Source: Candidatus Saccharibacteria bacterium UBA1932
GTDB taxonomy: Bacteria > Patescibacteriota > Saccharimonadia > Saccharimonadales > Saccharimonadaceae
NCBI GenBank assembly: GCA_002337095.1
Contig: DDFI01000001.1
Span: 57,546 to 121,545, forward strand
Length of the DNA stretch: 64,000 nucleotides
Direction: 5' to 3'
Of this stretch, positions 26,812-39,216 are shown piece after piece (the stretch's first letter is position 1; every line of letters begins with the position of its first letter). Below the pieces are notes generated by a model. That model was not told the DNA's origin, ran no database searches, and saw only the letters and a list, made by a program, of their open reading frames with translations. Made by a program: the position numbers and the translations under genes.

Positions 26812-28572
26812 ATGGCCCATCAGCTCAAAAAAGATCTTGGCGTGACGCTGCACCGCGACGGTGTGGAATTCCGCGTGTGGGCGCCATTCGCGGCCGAGGT
26901 ATCGGTGTGCGTACCGTACGTTTCGTACGACATCAGCAACGCTAAGACAATGGCTCGCGACGACGAGGGCTACTGGTCGATCAAGCTCGAGGGCGTCGAA
27001 ATTGGCCAAACATACAAATACCTGATCAAAACCCCAAGCGGCGAGATTCTGCGCAAAAACGACCCGCGCGGCCGCGCCCTCACCGCCAGCGAAAACGGCG
27101 ATTCAATTATCGTCGGCGACACCTTTGACTGGGGCGACGACGTATTTATCGCCCCGCCGCACAACGAGCAAATCATCTACGAAATGCACATCGGCACATT
27201 CAACCGCAAAGACCCCTCGACCCAAGGCACGTTTGACGACGCCACCGCGCGCCTCGACTACCTACGCGACCTAGGCATCAACATGATCGAGCTAATGCCC
27301 ATCACCAACATGGCAATGAGCAACGGCTGGGGCTACAACACCGAATATATTTACTCTGTCGAAAACAGCTACGGTGGCCGCTGGGGCCTGATGGAATTTA
27401 TCCGCGCCTGTCACGAACGCGAAATCGGTGTTATTCTGGACCTCGTCTACAATCATTTTGCCACCACCGACCTCTGGCAATTCGATGGCTGGAGCGAGAA
27501 CGGGCGTGGCGGTATTTATTTTTATAATGACATTCGCGGCGATACGCCGTGGGGCGGCAGGCCTGATTTTGGCCGGCCCGAGGTGCGGCAGTTTATCGCG
27601 GACAACATCGCCATGTGGTTTTCGGAATACCACATCGATGGCATCCGCCTCGATTCGACCGCCTACATGCGCAATCTCGACGGCGGCGACAATCCCGCCC
27701 GCGAAATCGGCGATGCTTGGCAAATCTTGCAGGACGTCACACACATCGCCCACAGTATCCGTCCCGGGGCGCTGACAATCGCCGAAGACACCGGCGGCAA
27801 TACCGCCATCACGCTGCCCGCCAACATGGGCGGCGCAGGATTCGATGCGCAGTGGCGGCTTAATTTTCCACACGCGGTCAAATATGCGCTGGGCCTGGCG
27901 ACCGCCTATCCGGCATCGCTGTTGTCGGAACTCACCGATACCTATAATGGCGAGGCCTTTAGCCGGGTGATATTTAGCGATTCCCACGACACAGCCGCCA
28001 ATGGCTTCGCTCGCATTAGCGAGACCGCCAGCCCCGCTAATCCCGGCAGCGTCATCGCGCGCAAAACGTCGCTGCTGGCGAGCGCCCTTACGCTCACCGC
28101 GCCGGGCATTCCTATGCTGTTACAGGGCAGCGAATTTCTGCAGGGCGGCAGTTTTAACGATTGGCAGGTGCTCAACTGGGCAAATGTCGAGCGCTTTGCC
28201 GGCATCGTGGCGGCGCACCAGCATCTGATCGCGCTGCGGCGCAATGCCTACGGCAATACCCGCGGCCTGATGGGCCAGTCGATCGCAATATTCCATAATA
28301 ATCCAAACGATCACGTCATCGCCTACCACCGCTGGGATCACGGCGGGCTTGGCGACGACGTGCTGGTAATCGCCAACCTGGGCGGTCAGCATTTTGATAA
28401 TTATACCCTGCATGTGCCGCTGCCCGGCACGTGGCAGGTGCGGTTCAATAGCTCGTGGAAAGGCTACAGCGCGGATTTTCGCGAAATGCTATTTGATCAA
28501 ATGACAACAGATGCTAACCAAAACGCCACACTGCCGCTCGCGGCACATAGCGTGGTTATGTTGTCGCAGTGA
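26812..28572 (+). CDS. GH13 alpha-amylase-family enzyme with N-terminal CBM48 (trehalohydrolase/branching-enzyme-like)
   Basis: FRVWAPFA, IYEMHIGTF, LGINMIELMP, LDLVYNHF, DGIRLDS (nucleophile), IAED (acid/base), SHD. Confidence 0.92.
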   Translation: MAHQLKKDLGVTLHRDGVEFRVWAPFAAEVSVCVPYVSYDISNAKTMARDDEGYWSIKLEGVEIGQTYKYLIKTPSGEILRKNDPRGRALTASENGDSIIVGDTFDWGDDVFIAPPHNEQIIYEMHIGTFNRKDPSTQGTFDDATARLDYLRDLGINMIELMPITNMAMSNGWGYNTEYIYSVENSYGGRWGLMEFIRACHEREIGVILDLVYNHFATTDLWQFDGWSENGRGGIYFYNDIRGDTPWGGRPDFGRPEVRQFIADNIAMWFSEYHIDGIRLDSTAYMRNLDGGDNPAREIGDAWQILQDVTHIAHSIRPGALTIAEDTGGNTAITLPANMGGAGFDAQWRLNFPHAVKYALGLATAYPASLLSELTDTYNGEAFSRVIFSDSHDTAANGFARISETASPANPGSVIARKTSLLASALTLTAPGIPMLLQGSEFLQGGSFNDWQVLNWANVERFAGIVAAHQHLIALRRNAYGNTRGLMGQSIAIFHNNPNDHVIAYHRWDHGGLGDDVLVIANLGGQHFDNYTLHVPLPGTWQVRFNSSWKGYSADFREMLFDQMTTDANQNATLPLAAHSVVMLSQ

Positions 28573-28632
28573 GTGTGTGACCGAACGCGTAGATATAGCC
28601 GCCAACGTGAGTGATGGCTTGCCGCTAGCGCG

Positions 28633-30609
<1,977 letters not shown>

Positions 30610-30641
30610 CCTATTAGTATACGGCGTTACGGCCAATAATC

Positions 30642-31286
30642 CTACCCGCGGCGATTAGTAACGGGTGGCTCGATATCTTCATCCTCGATATTCTGCTTCA
30701 TCAGTACATCGCGAGTGTTATCGACATCGATAAAATCAGCATATTTGGCATCAAGTGCCTCAATCACCCGCGCCACCAGCCGCGCTGGATCGGCATCAAA
30801 TATCACATCTTTACCCCCTGGTGCTTCCACATTCTCAAGTAGAGTCTGGGCATAATCCGCCAATCCGCCACTACCGAGCAACACGCCGCACACTTTGCGG
30901 CTCTCGAGCGCCGTCGCTAGCTCGTGCAAGCTACCCATGCGGCCGCCCACGGTGATCACGGCATCGGCGCTGCGCACCAAGTGCACGTCGCGACCCACAT
31001 ATTGCATGCCAGTAAAATTAATATAGTCAAACTCGCGAGTCGGCAACCGATACGTGCTAACATGCTCGCGGTACGAGCTCGCCGGACTAAATCCGATCGA
31101 CGAGCCTTTGGGGTTTTTGACACTCTTGAAGCCCATCGCCGCATAGTGCGGTAGCCCCACGGTAGCACCAGTCAATAGCGTTTTGCCCGCTTTGGCAATT
31201 TCGGCACCCATCGCATAGGCCATGTGGTGGGCTTGGCGGACAGTTTCGCCCGCGGCGGCGCCAGATACGCATAGTTGATATCTCAT
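30642..31286 (-). CDS. LOG/SLOG-family Rossmann-fold protein
   Basis: [34 protein letters not shown]. Confidence 0.8.
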   Translation of the reverse strand: MRYQLCVSGAAAGETVRQAHHMAYAMGAEIAKAGKTLLTGATVGLPHYAAMGFKSVKNPKGSSIGFSPASSYREHVSTYRLPTREFDYINFTGMQYVGRDVHLVRSADAVITVGGRMGSLHELATALESRKVCGVLLGSGGLADYAQTLLENVEAPGGKDVIFDADPARLVARVIEALDAKYADFIDVDNTRDVLMKQNIEDEDIEPPVTNRRG

Positions 31287-31756
31287 TTTTTCTCCTTTGT
31301 AGCTGATAGTTCGGGAATCCCAGCCTGCGATAATTTGGATGTGACGGTCGCGTTAACGGTGCGATTATGCGAATGGTAGCGACGCTCAAGCTCGCGGCGC
31401 AGGGCTTTTTGCATCGCCGTTACCACCCGCTCGCCAAATGGCCGCTTGATATTGCGCCGCACATCGGCCCGGCTGCACGAAATCACCTCGTCGCCAATCA
31501 CTACCCCCACAAACGTCTTATCACGAAACACCGCCGGCTCGTCGGCATGTGCATTTAGCGCTTGGTACAATTCGTGAGCAGTCGTATCGTTGGGATCGAG
31601 GCCCATCATGCGCATTGCAGTCTGGCTTTTCATTAATATCTCGCCAATGAGCAGCACATCCACGCCGGCGTTGCCGGTCGCTACCTCGAGCTCGTGCATC
31701 ACCCGCTCAAACTGCCGCGCCTCGGCACCCAATAGCCGCGCCAGCATGTGTGCCAC
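31283..31756 (-). CDS. Hypothetical protein (157 aa)
   Basis: ORF coupled between pfkB and the LOG gene. Confidence 0.75.
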   Translation of the reverse strand: MAHMLARLLGAEARQFERVMHELEVATGNAGVDVLLIGEILMKSQTAMRMMGLDPNDTTAHELYQALNAHADEPAVFRDKTFVGVVIGDEVISCSRADVRRNIKRPFGERVVTAMQKALRRELERRYHSHNRTVNATVTSKLSQAGIPELSATKEKK

Positions 31757-31758
31757 GG

Positions 31759-32757
31759 CTAGAGTTTCTCCTCGGCAAGCGGCATATCGTGTAGCGGTGT
31801 ACCGCGGCGCAAAATCCCGGCTTTGGCGCCGATTTTTGTCACCACAGAGGTAGAGTTAGCGCTGGCAAATATAATCGATTCGCGCAGGCTGCGGCCCATC
31901 GCCCACTGGCTCAAGAACCCACTCGCAAACGCATCACCCGCACCAGTGCGGTCGAGCACCGGCACATCCTCGTACATGCCGGCGGTCACAATCGTCTGGC
32001 CGTCGCTCGCCACCACGCCATTTGGCCCATCACTCACAATCGCCACTGGCACATAATTGAGCGCGTGCCGCACCAGCTCTTCACAGGTGTTGCCGTGCAC
32101 GATCATCTGCATCTCCTCTTTGTTCATGCAGAGTACATCCACATCATCGAGCAGCGCCTTCAGTTTGGCGGGGCTCGACAGCTCGGGCCCCGCGGGGTTG
32201 AGCATCACCTTAGTCTTATGCTTCACCGCAATCGCCAAAATATCCTTGAGTAATGTCAGCGAATTATCAGCAAGCGACGTTGGATACACCCAATCGGCGT
32301 CGCGAATCGAGGCAAAATCCAGCGGATTATGTGCTGGGGTAATGGTCGTGCCGCGGTGGTTTAGGATGGTCCGCTCACCGTTGGTCGCGATCAGAATCAC
32401 CGAATACCCCGCCTGATAGCGGTCGTCGCGCAGTACCGCACTGGTATCTACGCCCTCGCGGTCGAGCTCACTCAGGATCGCCTGCGATGCCGGGTCGCTG
32501 CCCAGCGCCCACAGATATTCACTCTCGAGCCCCTGCCGCGCAAATGTCACCGCCACGTTGCTGGCATTGCCGCCAGTCGCAAACGTCACGTCTTCTACCT
32601 CCATCTTGAGGCCAAGCGGCAAATGCGTATAGACATGCGCGCCCTCGGTATGCGGATCAAACTCGTCCGACCTCAAGAATACATCTTGCGTACCCTTACC
32701 AATGGCCACGATTCGTGGTCGCTTATTATTTTTGTAGGTGTGCAGGCCCTCTCTCAT
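31759..32757 (-). CDS. PfkB-family carbohydrate kinase
   Basis: GGNASNVAV, NGERTI, DRTGAGDAFASGF; directly downstream of fba. Confidence 0.93.
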   Translation of the reverse strand: MREGLHTYKNNKRPRIVAIGKGTQDVFLRSDEFDPHTEGAHVYTHLPLGLKMEVEDVTFATGGNASNVAVTFARQGLESEYLWALGSDPASQAILSELDREGVDTSAVLRDDRYQAGYSVILIATNGERTILNHRGTTITPAHNPLDFASIRDADWVYPTSLADNSLTLLKDILAIAVKHKTKVMLNPAGPELSSPAKLKALLDDVDVLCMNKEEMQMIVHGNTCEELVRHALNYVPVAIVSDGPNGVVASDGQTIVTAGMYEDVPVLDRTGAGDAFASGFLSQWAMGRSLRESIIFASANSTSVVTKIGAKAGILRRGTPLHDMPLAEEKL

Positions 32758-33662
32758 ATTGCTTTTCCTGCGCTGCCAAAGGCGCGAATTTTGTCCTCTA
32801 CTACCTCTTGCACCGCGCCATAGACTGCCGGCATCAGCTTGATCACCGCGTATTCGTCGGGGTGCGCCGCCAGCTGCTGCTCTAGTGTCGTGCGAAACGC
32901 ATAGCGCATATCGCTATTAATGTTAATTTTGCTCACGCCAATGCGCGCCGCGTCCTCAAAATAATGCAGTGGCGTGCCGCTGCCGCCGTGTAGGCTAATT
33001 TGGCAGTCCAGTGCGTCGCGAATGTCCTGTAGCAGCTCTAGGTCGAGCTTTTTGGGTACAGGATATTTGCCGTGCAGGTTGCCAATGGCAGCCGCAAAGG
33101 TATCGATGCCGGTTTCCTCGGCAAAATATTTGGCATGTTCTGGCGTGCTAAAGGTTTTTTTGATTTCGTCGTAGTCGATGTTCTCGGTGTGTAGGTTGCT
33201 CGAGCCGCCAAAATAATGCGGTTCACTCTCTACCAGCGCCCCCGTAAAGCTAGCGTAGGCCACAACTTCCTTGGTGGCATCGATGATTTCCTTCTCGCCG
33301 GCATCGTGGTTAGCCATCGAGACGTCGATATGGATAAATTCGTAGCCCGCATCAATCGCGCGCTTACAATCATCGATCGTCGGCGCATGATCGAGGTTCA
33401 GGAATATCTCGACACCGTACTCAGCGCGGTAGTTATCCACCAGATCACGCACGTTCTCGAGGCCCAGGAATTTATATTCTGTCTCGCCCACCTCTACCAT
33501 CACCGGTGAATTCAGCTTTTGGGCGGCCCGGCAAATGGCAATCAGCGTTTCTTGGTTATCGACATTAAACGCCCCCACCGCAAAATGCTGCGCTCGGCTG
33601 CGCTGCATCAGGTGCCGTGCCCGCGTCGTCCTGTCCCTGATTTCACTAATTGTCAGTCCCAT
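32754..33662 (-). CDS. fba: Class II fructose/ketose-bisphosphate aldolase
   Basis: AVGAFN, LNLDHA, FAAAIGNLHG, SLHGGSG, KININSD. Confidence 0.93.
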   Translation of the reverse strand: MGLTISEIRDRTTRARHLMQRSRAQHFAVGAFNVDNQETLIAICRAAQKLNSPVMVEVGETEYKFLGLENVRDLVDNYRAEYGVEIFLNLDHAPTIDDCKRAIDAGYEFIHIDVSMANHDAGEKEIIDATKEVVAYASFTGALVESEPHYFGGSSNLHTENIDYDEIKKTFSTPEHAKYFAEETGIDTFAAAIGNLHGKYPVPKKLDLELLQDIRDALDCQISLHGGSGTPLHYFEDAARIGVSKININSDMRYAFRTTLEQQLAAHPDEYAVIKLMPAVYGAVQEVVEDKIRAFGSAGKAI

Positions 33663-33859
33663 CCTGGCCCCCATATCACAAAAATTATTATGCTTATCTG
33701 CCACTAGTATACCATCTCTGTTAATTGGGGGTAAAGTATTGACATTTATAACTAAGTATGCTATTATTACAAAAGCTTTACTTGCTACCCTTCCCGGGCA
33801 GAATTCTCGCCCGCATCAACAGAGGTACGCCATAAAGCGCACCTCAGAAAGTAGGAGTC

Positions 33860-34165
33860 ATGAGCTCGATCCTCACTGCAGTTAACTTCGGACTGTTCGT
33901 GGCCAGTTTCGCCGCACCGGGTTGTACAGCCTATCTCGGCGCGTACAGCGCCGGTAGCAAGGAGCAGGCGCATGTCAGGATGGCGGTCGGGGTATTTATT
34001 ACCCTGACAGTCACGTTGAGCTTCCACTACTGGACGCTCATGCAGCACCCTGGGTGGAGTCTTAGCGGCTTCATCATGCTCCCCTACGTAGCCGCACTAT
34101 TCTCGAACACTGTTGCATGTGCGGTCAGTGTGGACTATGCAGACGAACGTACCTACATGAGGTGA
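33860..34165 (+). CDS. Small membrane protein (3 TM)
   Basis: Hydrophobic ORF with AGGAG SD; opposite strand to its neighbours. Confidence 0.65.
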   Translation: MSSILTAVNFGLFVASFAAPGCTAYLGAYSAGSKEQAHVRMAVGVFITLTVTLSFHYWTLMQHPGWSLSGFIMLPYVAALFSNTVACAVSVDYADERTYMR

Positions 34166-34173
34166 GGCCCATC

Positions 34174-34241
34174 GAAAACGGTTTGCCGAATTGGTTCAAT
34201 CTGAACCGATTCAGCTTGAGCCCTTTCGGTGGGCCGTTTTC
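34174..34241. terminator. Compound hairpin at a convergent junction
   Basis: Outer GAAAACGG…CCGTTTTC stem enclosing an AATTGGTTCA/TGAACCGATT hairpin. Confidence 0.55.
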
Positions 34242-34251
34242 ATTTTTGTGC

Positions 34252-35247
34252 TCAAAAACCAGGCTTGTACTGTGGCACTCGTGCCACAAAGGCCTGTACT
34301 TTGGTGGCGATGGAGTTGGCATCCAGGCCAAAATGCGCCACCAGCTCCATCGGTGCGCCGGATTCGCCGTAGCGATCGTTCATGCCGATACGCAGCAGTG
34401 GCGCGGGGGATTTTTCGCCTAGTAATTCGGCCACCGCACCGCCAAATCCGCCCGCGATTTGGGCCTCTTCGCCGGTCACAATTCGCCCTGTTTTGGCCAC
34501 ACTGGCCAAGATGGTCGCCTCGTCGAGCGGCTTAATCGTCGGCACGTGCAACACCTCGGCATGAATACCCTGAGCAGCGAGCGCCTCGGCGGCAAGCAGC
34601 ATCTGGCTGGTCATAATACCGGTGCCAGCCAGCGTCACATCAGTACCATCGCGCAACACATAGGCCTGGCCAAGCTCGAATGGCGACTCTGGCGTACTAA
34701 ATACCGGTGTCTTGTCGCGGCCCAGCCGCAAGTAGCTGGGCTTGCCATTGTTCGCGATAGCCCGCGTGGCTTTTTCGGCCTCGACGCTATCGCCCGGCAC
34801 CACTACCACTATGCCTGGTAGTACGCGCATCAGTGCCATGTCCTCTAACATTTGGTGTGTGGCGCCGTCGGGCCCGACGGTGATGCCAGCATGCGATGCG
34901 ACGATTTTGACCGGTAGCTCGTTCAGGCAGGTAGTTGTTTTGATTTGCTCCCAGTTGCGGCCCGGGCTAAACGCCGCGTAGCTGGCGGCAAAAGGAATCT
35001 TGCCCGCGCGGGCCAGGCCAGCCGCCACGGTTACTAGGTTTTGCTCGGCAATGCCAACCTCGATGTAGCGATCGGGAAATTCCTCGGCAAACAGGTGCAT
35101 TTGGACGCTCTCTACCAGATCGGCGCACAGGCCGACAATGGCCGGATTGTCGGCGCCCGCAGCCTTGAGCCCACGGCCAAATCCGGCGCGAATTGGCTCG
35201 AGCAAACGCGCATCGGTGTATATATCTGGGTGTAATTGGTAGCTCAT
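34252..35247 (-). CDS. Transketolase, C-terminal (pyrimidine-binding) subunit
   Basis: EVGIAEQN, GPDGATHQ, YLRLGR, TIKPLD, GEEAQIAGGFG. Confidence 0.95.
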   Translation of the reverse strand: MSYQLHPDIYTDARLLEPIRAGFGRGLKAAGADNPAIVGLCADLVESVQMHLFAEEFPDRYIEVGIAEQNLVTVAAGLARAGKIPFAASYAAFSPGRNWEQIKTTTCLNELPVKIVASHAGITVGPDGATHQMLEDMALMRVLPGIVVVVPGDSVEAEKATRAIANNGKPSYLRLGRDKTPVFSTPESPFELGQAYVLRDGTDVTLAGTGIMTSQMLLAAEALAAQGIHAEVLHVPTIKPLDEATILASVAKTGRIVTGEEAQIAGGFGGAVAELLGEKSPAPLLRIGMNDRYGESGAPMELVAHFGLDANSIATKVQAFVARVPQYKPGF

Positions 35248-35248
35248 G

Positions 35249-36109
35249 TTATTCGTGCTCCGCCCGTATTCGGCCATCTAGGGTTCGTAATTTTTTGAGC
35301 GCTTCTCGCGCTTGTTCGTTGTTTGGCGCGACACCGTGCCATTTGTAATCGTACTCCATAAAATCAACGTTTTTGCCCGGAATCGTATGCATAATGATGA
35401 CGCTTGGGCGATTCTCGATCGCTTTGGCCATACCGACGGCGTCGATGATGCTTTCGATATTGTGGCCATCGATTTCTTGGACATGCCAGCCAAACGCTTT
35501 CCATTTGGCATGCAGATCCTCGAGCGGCATCACGGTCTCGGTTGGGCCGTCGATTTGGATATTATTGCGATCGACAAACACCACCAGCTGCGACAGGCTG
35601 TATTTGCCCGCAAACATCGCCGATTCCCAGATGTTTCCCTCGTTTAGCTCGCCATCACCGGTGACACAATACACCCAGCGGTGGCGTTGGTGGTCGAGAT
35701 ATTGCAGCGCATAGGCGTAGCCAGCCGCTTGGCCCAGGCCCTCGCCCAGTGGTCCGCTGGTTGTCTCGAGCCCCGGCAGGCGCACTCGCTCTGGATGGCC
35801 TTGTAGCCGACTGCCCAGCTGGCGCAGCGTCATTAATTCGTCGACCGCAAAAAACCCGCGCTCAGCCATCGCGGCATACTGCACCGGCACACAGTGGCCG
35901 TTGCTTAGCATAAATATATCGCGATCTGGCCATTCGGGATTCTCGGGATCGATGCTTAGAATCTCAAAATACATCGCCGCCAGCAGATCCGCCAGACCAA
36001 GCGGCCCCGCCGAATGCCCGCTGCCGGCGCGCTCCAGCATCCTGATGACATCTTCGCGAATCTTGCCGGCTTTTTGCTCTAATTGTCGTAGCGTGAGTTG
36101 CCCACCCAT
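35249..36109 (-). CDS. Transketolase, N-terminal (TPP-binding) subunit
   Basis: GSGH, LSNGH, LQGHP, TSGPLGEG, GDGELNEG..WE. Confidence 0.95.
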   Translation of the reverse strand: MGGQLTLRQLEQKAGKIREDVIRMLERAGSGHSAGPLGLADLLAAMYFEILSIDPENPEWPDRDIFMLSNGHCVPVQYAAMAERGFFAVDELMTLRQLGSRLQGHPERVRLPGLETTSGPLGEGLGQAAGYAYALQYLDHQRHRWVYCVTGDGELNEGNIWESAMFAGKYSLSQLVVFVDRNNIQIDGPTETVMPLEDLHAKWKAFGWHVQEIDGHNIESIIDAVGMAKAIENRPSVIIMHTIPGKNVDFMEYDYKWHGVAPNNEQAREALKKLRTLDGRIRAEHE

Positions 36110-36175
36110 TCTGGAATTCCTTGGTTAATTAGTTTGATTATAGCATAAGTACTTTGAATTGTGCTATTTTATTGC

Positions 36176-36480
36176 CGCGCCACCTATCTCGCTGGTCATT
36201 TGGAATGTGGCGATGCTAGCCTCTTGCGCAAAGCGGGTGGCGCGAGACGGGGCAACTCCCACTGAGACAAAATTTCTAATTTTGTCGAGGATGGGGTGGC
36301 TCGAGCGACAGGCCACGATCCGCGGCCCCGCAAGTCAGCCAGCGAAGCATAGCTTCGAGGTGACGTTGCCTTGCGAACTGCCGACTGGCAGTTCTCACCC
36401 GCGTGTAGCGACCTACGTGCCGAGCACGGGCTACGCCCGAGCGCAGGCGACGACGGGAGCGGGGAACGAAGAGGAAAAAT
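36176..36480. repeat. Multi-hairpin intergenic element between rpe and transketolase
   Basis: Hairpins CGCGCCACC…GGTGGCGCG, GACAAAATT-TCT-AATTTTGTC, CGAAGC-ATA-GCTTCG, GAACTGCC-GACT-GGCAGTTC, CGTGC-CGA-GCACG, CGGGC-TAC-GCCCG. Confidence 0.65.
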
Positions 36481-36483
36481 GAG

Positions 36484-37116
36484 CTATTCTTTTACCGCGC
36501 GTTCAAGTAGCTGATACGCCGTATGCGGATCATCGGCGCGGCTAATGCAACCGCCGACATTCAGCACGTCTACGCCGCCGCGGGCCAGATCACGCGCGTT
36601 GTCCAGGTTCACCCCACCATCCCAGCCGATTTCGGCGTGGGGATTACTATCATGGATCTGACGAACTTTGTGTAGTAGCAACAGATTAGCCGTACCGCCA
36701 TAATGCCCCAAATCACCACTAAATATCATCGCGCCGTCGCTCTCCTCAATCTCGTGCCTGGCATCGCGCGGGTGTGTCGGCGCCAACAATCCCACCGCAA
36801 CCTTGATGCCCGCAGCTCGCAGTTGTCGCAGTGTGGGCAGGAGCGGCTCCTTAGCTTCGGCATGAAATATCACCAAATGCGGCTTCATTTGGACAAGTTT
36901 GGCGGCGTAACGACTCGGGTAGTTGACCATCATGTGTACATCGGCGATCCACTCACGCGGCCACCATATATCATCGAGCGTCACGGTTTTGCTTGGAGCA
37001 AATTCCTCATCTGTAATATCAATATGAACACGGCGCGCAAACGGCAACAGCGTGCGCACATACTGCTCGTAGGCAGCGGGCATGTCGACCAGAATAGCAG
37101 GCGCGATCGTGGACAT
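36484..37116 (-). CDS. rpe: Ribulose-phosphate 3-epimerase
   Basis: VHIDITD..F, DVHMMV, FHAE, GWDGGVN; start placed after the rpiB stop. Confidence 0.88.
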   Translation of the reverse strand: MSTIAPAILVDMPAAYEQYVRTLLPFARRVHIDITDEEFAPSKTVTLDDIWWPREWIADVHMMVNYPSRYAAKLVQMKPHLVIFHAEAKEPLLPTLRQLRAAGIKVAVGLLAPTHPRDARHEIEESDGAMIFSGDLGHYGGTANLLLLHKVRQIHDSNPHAEIGWDGGVNLDNARDLARGGVDVLNVGGCISRADDPHTAYQLLERAVKE

Positions 37117-37117
37117 A

Positions 37118-37570
37118 TTACAGGTCGTCCAGCTGATCGTTGCGGCGTTTGTAGCGCGCGGCACCAGCAAATGGCGTGGTGAGCCAGGTGTCGATGATTT
37201 CTTTCCAGGTCTCATGCTCGTCGTCGACGACGCGGGCAGGCAAACACAGCACGTTGGCGTTGTTGTCGTTGCGCGATTCGTGCGCCTCAAACGCGTCCCA
37301 AATCACCGCCGCGCGAATCCCGCGAAAGCGGTTGGCCGCCATGCACATGCCCTGGCCACCAGTACAGATTAGGATGGCGCGCGGATCGGTTTTTTCGTCC
37401 TCGCCCAGCAATTTGATTGCCGCCATCTGTGCAAACTGCGGAAAATCATCGCCCGGATCGAGCTCGCGATCACCGACGTCTTCGTAGGGAAGGCCCTTTT
37501 TTGCAATGTAGGCCTCGATTTTTTGCTTGAGGTGGAACCCACCATGATCTGCTCCAAGAAATATCTTCAT
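37118..37570 (-). CDS. rpiB: Ribose-5-phosphate isomerase B
   Basis: LGADHGG..LK, ILICTGGQG, ANRFRGIRAA, NNANVLCL, RY.RR. Confidence 0.95.
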   Translation of the reverse strand: MKIFLGADHGGFHLKQKIEAYIAKKGLPYEDVGDRELDPGDDFPQFAQMAAIKLLGEDEKTDPRAILICTGGQGMCMAANRFRGIRAAVIWDAFEAHESRNDNNANVLCLPARVVDDEHETWKEIIDTWLTTPFAGAARYKRRNDQLDDL

Positions 37571-37671
37571 ACTATTAGTATACCCTAGTTATGGTTATGG
37601 TCTCAAGTTTGAGCAAACTGTTGTGCTGCGCCACGTTTTACTATTTAGGTTGCGGATGTCATAATAGAGCT

Positions 37672-39198
37672 ATGCATAAGCGTGAGTTGGTACAATTTGC
37701 GGGCGAACACTACAGCGAGAACGACGTGTTGGAGCTCGAGCATGCCATCGACTACGCCACCGACAAACACCGCGGCCAAAAACGCAAGAGCGGCGAAGCC
37801 TACATCACTCACCCGCTGGCTGTGGCGTACACGCTGGTGGAATGGGGCATGGATATCGACACCGTGCTGGCGGGCGTATTGCATGACACAGTGGAGGATA
37901 CCAACGCCACGCTCGAGCAAATCGAAACGCTGTTTGGCCGCGACGTGGCATTTCTGGTCGATGGCGTCACCAAGGTTGGTCGGGCGCGCGCCGGCATGCG
38001 CAACCTCGATAGCTACCTGCCCCAAACCAAAGACAATCTGACCAAGCTACTCATCGCCGTCGGCCAAGATGTGCGTGTGTTGATTATCAAGCTGGCTGAT
38101 CGCCTGCACAATATGCGCACACTCAAACACATGCCCCGCGACAAACAAAAGAAAATCGCTCGCGAAACCATCGAGGTATTTGCGCCGCTGGCCGACCGGC
38201 TCAATATGGGCCGGGTGCGCGTACAGCTAGAGGAGCTGAGTTTTCGCTATCTAGATCCACGCGAATTTGCCCATATCAAACGCCTGATGGACAGCCGGCT
38301 CAAAAAATCCCAACGCCGCCTGGCTGGCGTGCGGCGGGCTGTTGATGAAGAATTAACGCGCGAAAAAATCCCCCACGAAATCGATGGACGCGTCAAAAGT
38401 GTCTATAGCCTGTACAAAAAGCTCGATCGCGTCGGCGACATCGACGAAATTTACGACCTGATTGCGCTGCGTATTATTGTCGACGATATTTCGACCTGCT
38501 ACCTGGTGCTTGGCGTGCTGCATGGCATGTACGTGCCGATGGTCGACCGCATCAAAGATTACATCGCTCAGCCAAAACCCAATGGCTATCAGAGTTTGCA
38601 CACCACGGTCGAAACACCAAACGGCCAGATTGTTGAGTTTCAAATTAGAAGCCGCGAGATGCACGACTACGCCGAGCGCGGGTTGGCCGCGAGTTTTCAT
38701 TATAACGAGCAAAAACTCTCCGACGCCTACCGCAAAGGCACTATCGCCGAGCTTCCCGCCGACCTACACTGGATCCGCGACTTACAGTCGGCCGCGTCGC
38801 AAGCCAGCGAGGGCAAAGAATTCGATGTCGAGCGGCTCAAGGTCGATCTATTTGGCGACCGGATATTTGTATACTCACCACGCGGCGATATTTACGACCT
38901 GCCACGCGATGCCTATCCGCTCGACTACGCCTACCGCGTGCACAGCGATGTCGGCGCCCGCGCGAGCGGATTCATCGTCAATGGCAAGATGGAGCCATTC
39001 ACCTACCGGCTTAATCACGGTGATATTATCGAGGTTCTTAAGTCGAAATCTGCCAAGCCAAAGCCCGACTGGTTGGGGCTCGTCAGCACCAATCACGCCC
39101 GCGAAAAAATCCGGGCCCAGCTACGCAAAGAAGGCGGCTTGCTTGGCCATATCTCGCGTACCGCCGAGCGTATCCAACGACGGGTGATCCGTAAGTAA
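37672..39198 (+). CDS. relA: RelA/SpoT (p)ppGpp synthetase/hydrolase (HD + synthetase + TGS, no C-terminal ACT)
   Basis: RKSGEAYITHP, LHDTVED, KLADRLHNMRT, YQSLHT, EFQIRS, TGS (LDYAYRVHS). Confidence 0.93.
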   Translation: MHKRELVQFAGEHYSENDVLELEHAIDYATDKHRGQKRKSGEAYITHPLAVAYTLVEWGMDIDTVLAGVLHDTVEDTNATLEQIETLFGRDVAFLVDGVTKVGRARAGMRNLDSYLPQTKDNLTKLLIAVGQDVRVLIIKLADRLHNMRTLKHMPRDKQKKIARETIEVFAPLADRLNMGRVRVQLEELSFRYLDPREFAHIKRLMDSRLKKSQRRLAGVRRAVDEELTREKIPHEIDGRVKSVYSLYKKLDRVGDIDEIYDLIALRIIVDDISTCYLVLGVLHGMYVPMVDRIKDYIAQPKPNGYQSLHTTVETPNGQIVEFQIRSREMHDYAERGLAASFHYNEQKLSDAYRKGTIAELPADLHWIRDLQSAASQASEGKEFDVERLKVDLFGDRIFVYSPRGDIYDLPRDAYPLDYAYRVHSDVGARASGFIVNGKMEPFTYRLNHGDIIEVLKSKSAKPKPDWLGLVSTNHAREKIRAQLRKEGGLLGHISRTAERIQRRVIRK

Positions 39199-39216
39199 TA
39201 CGCAGAGAATAAGCGT

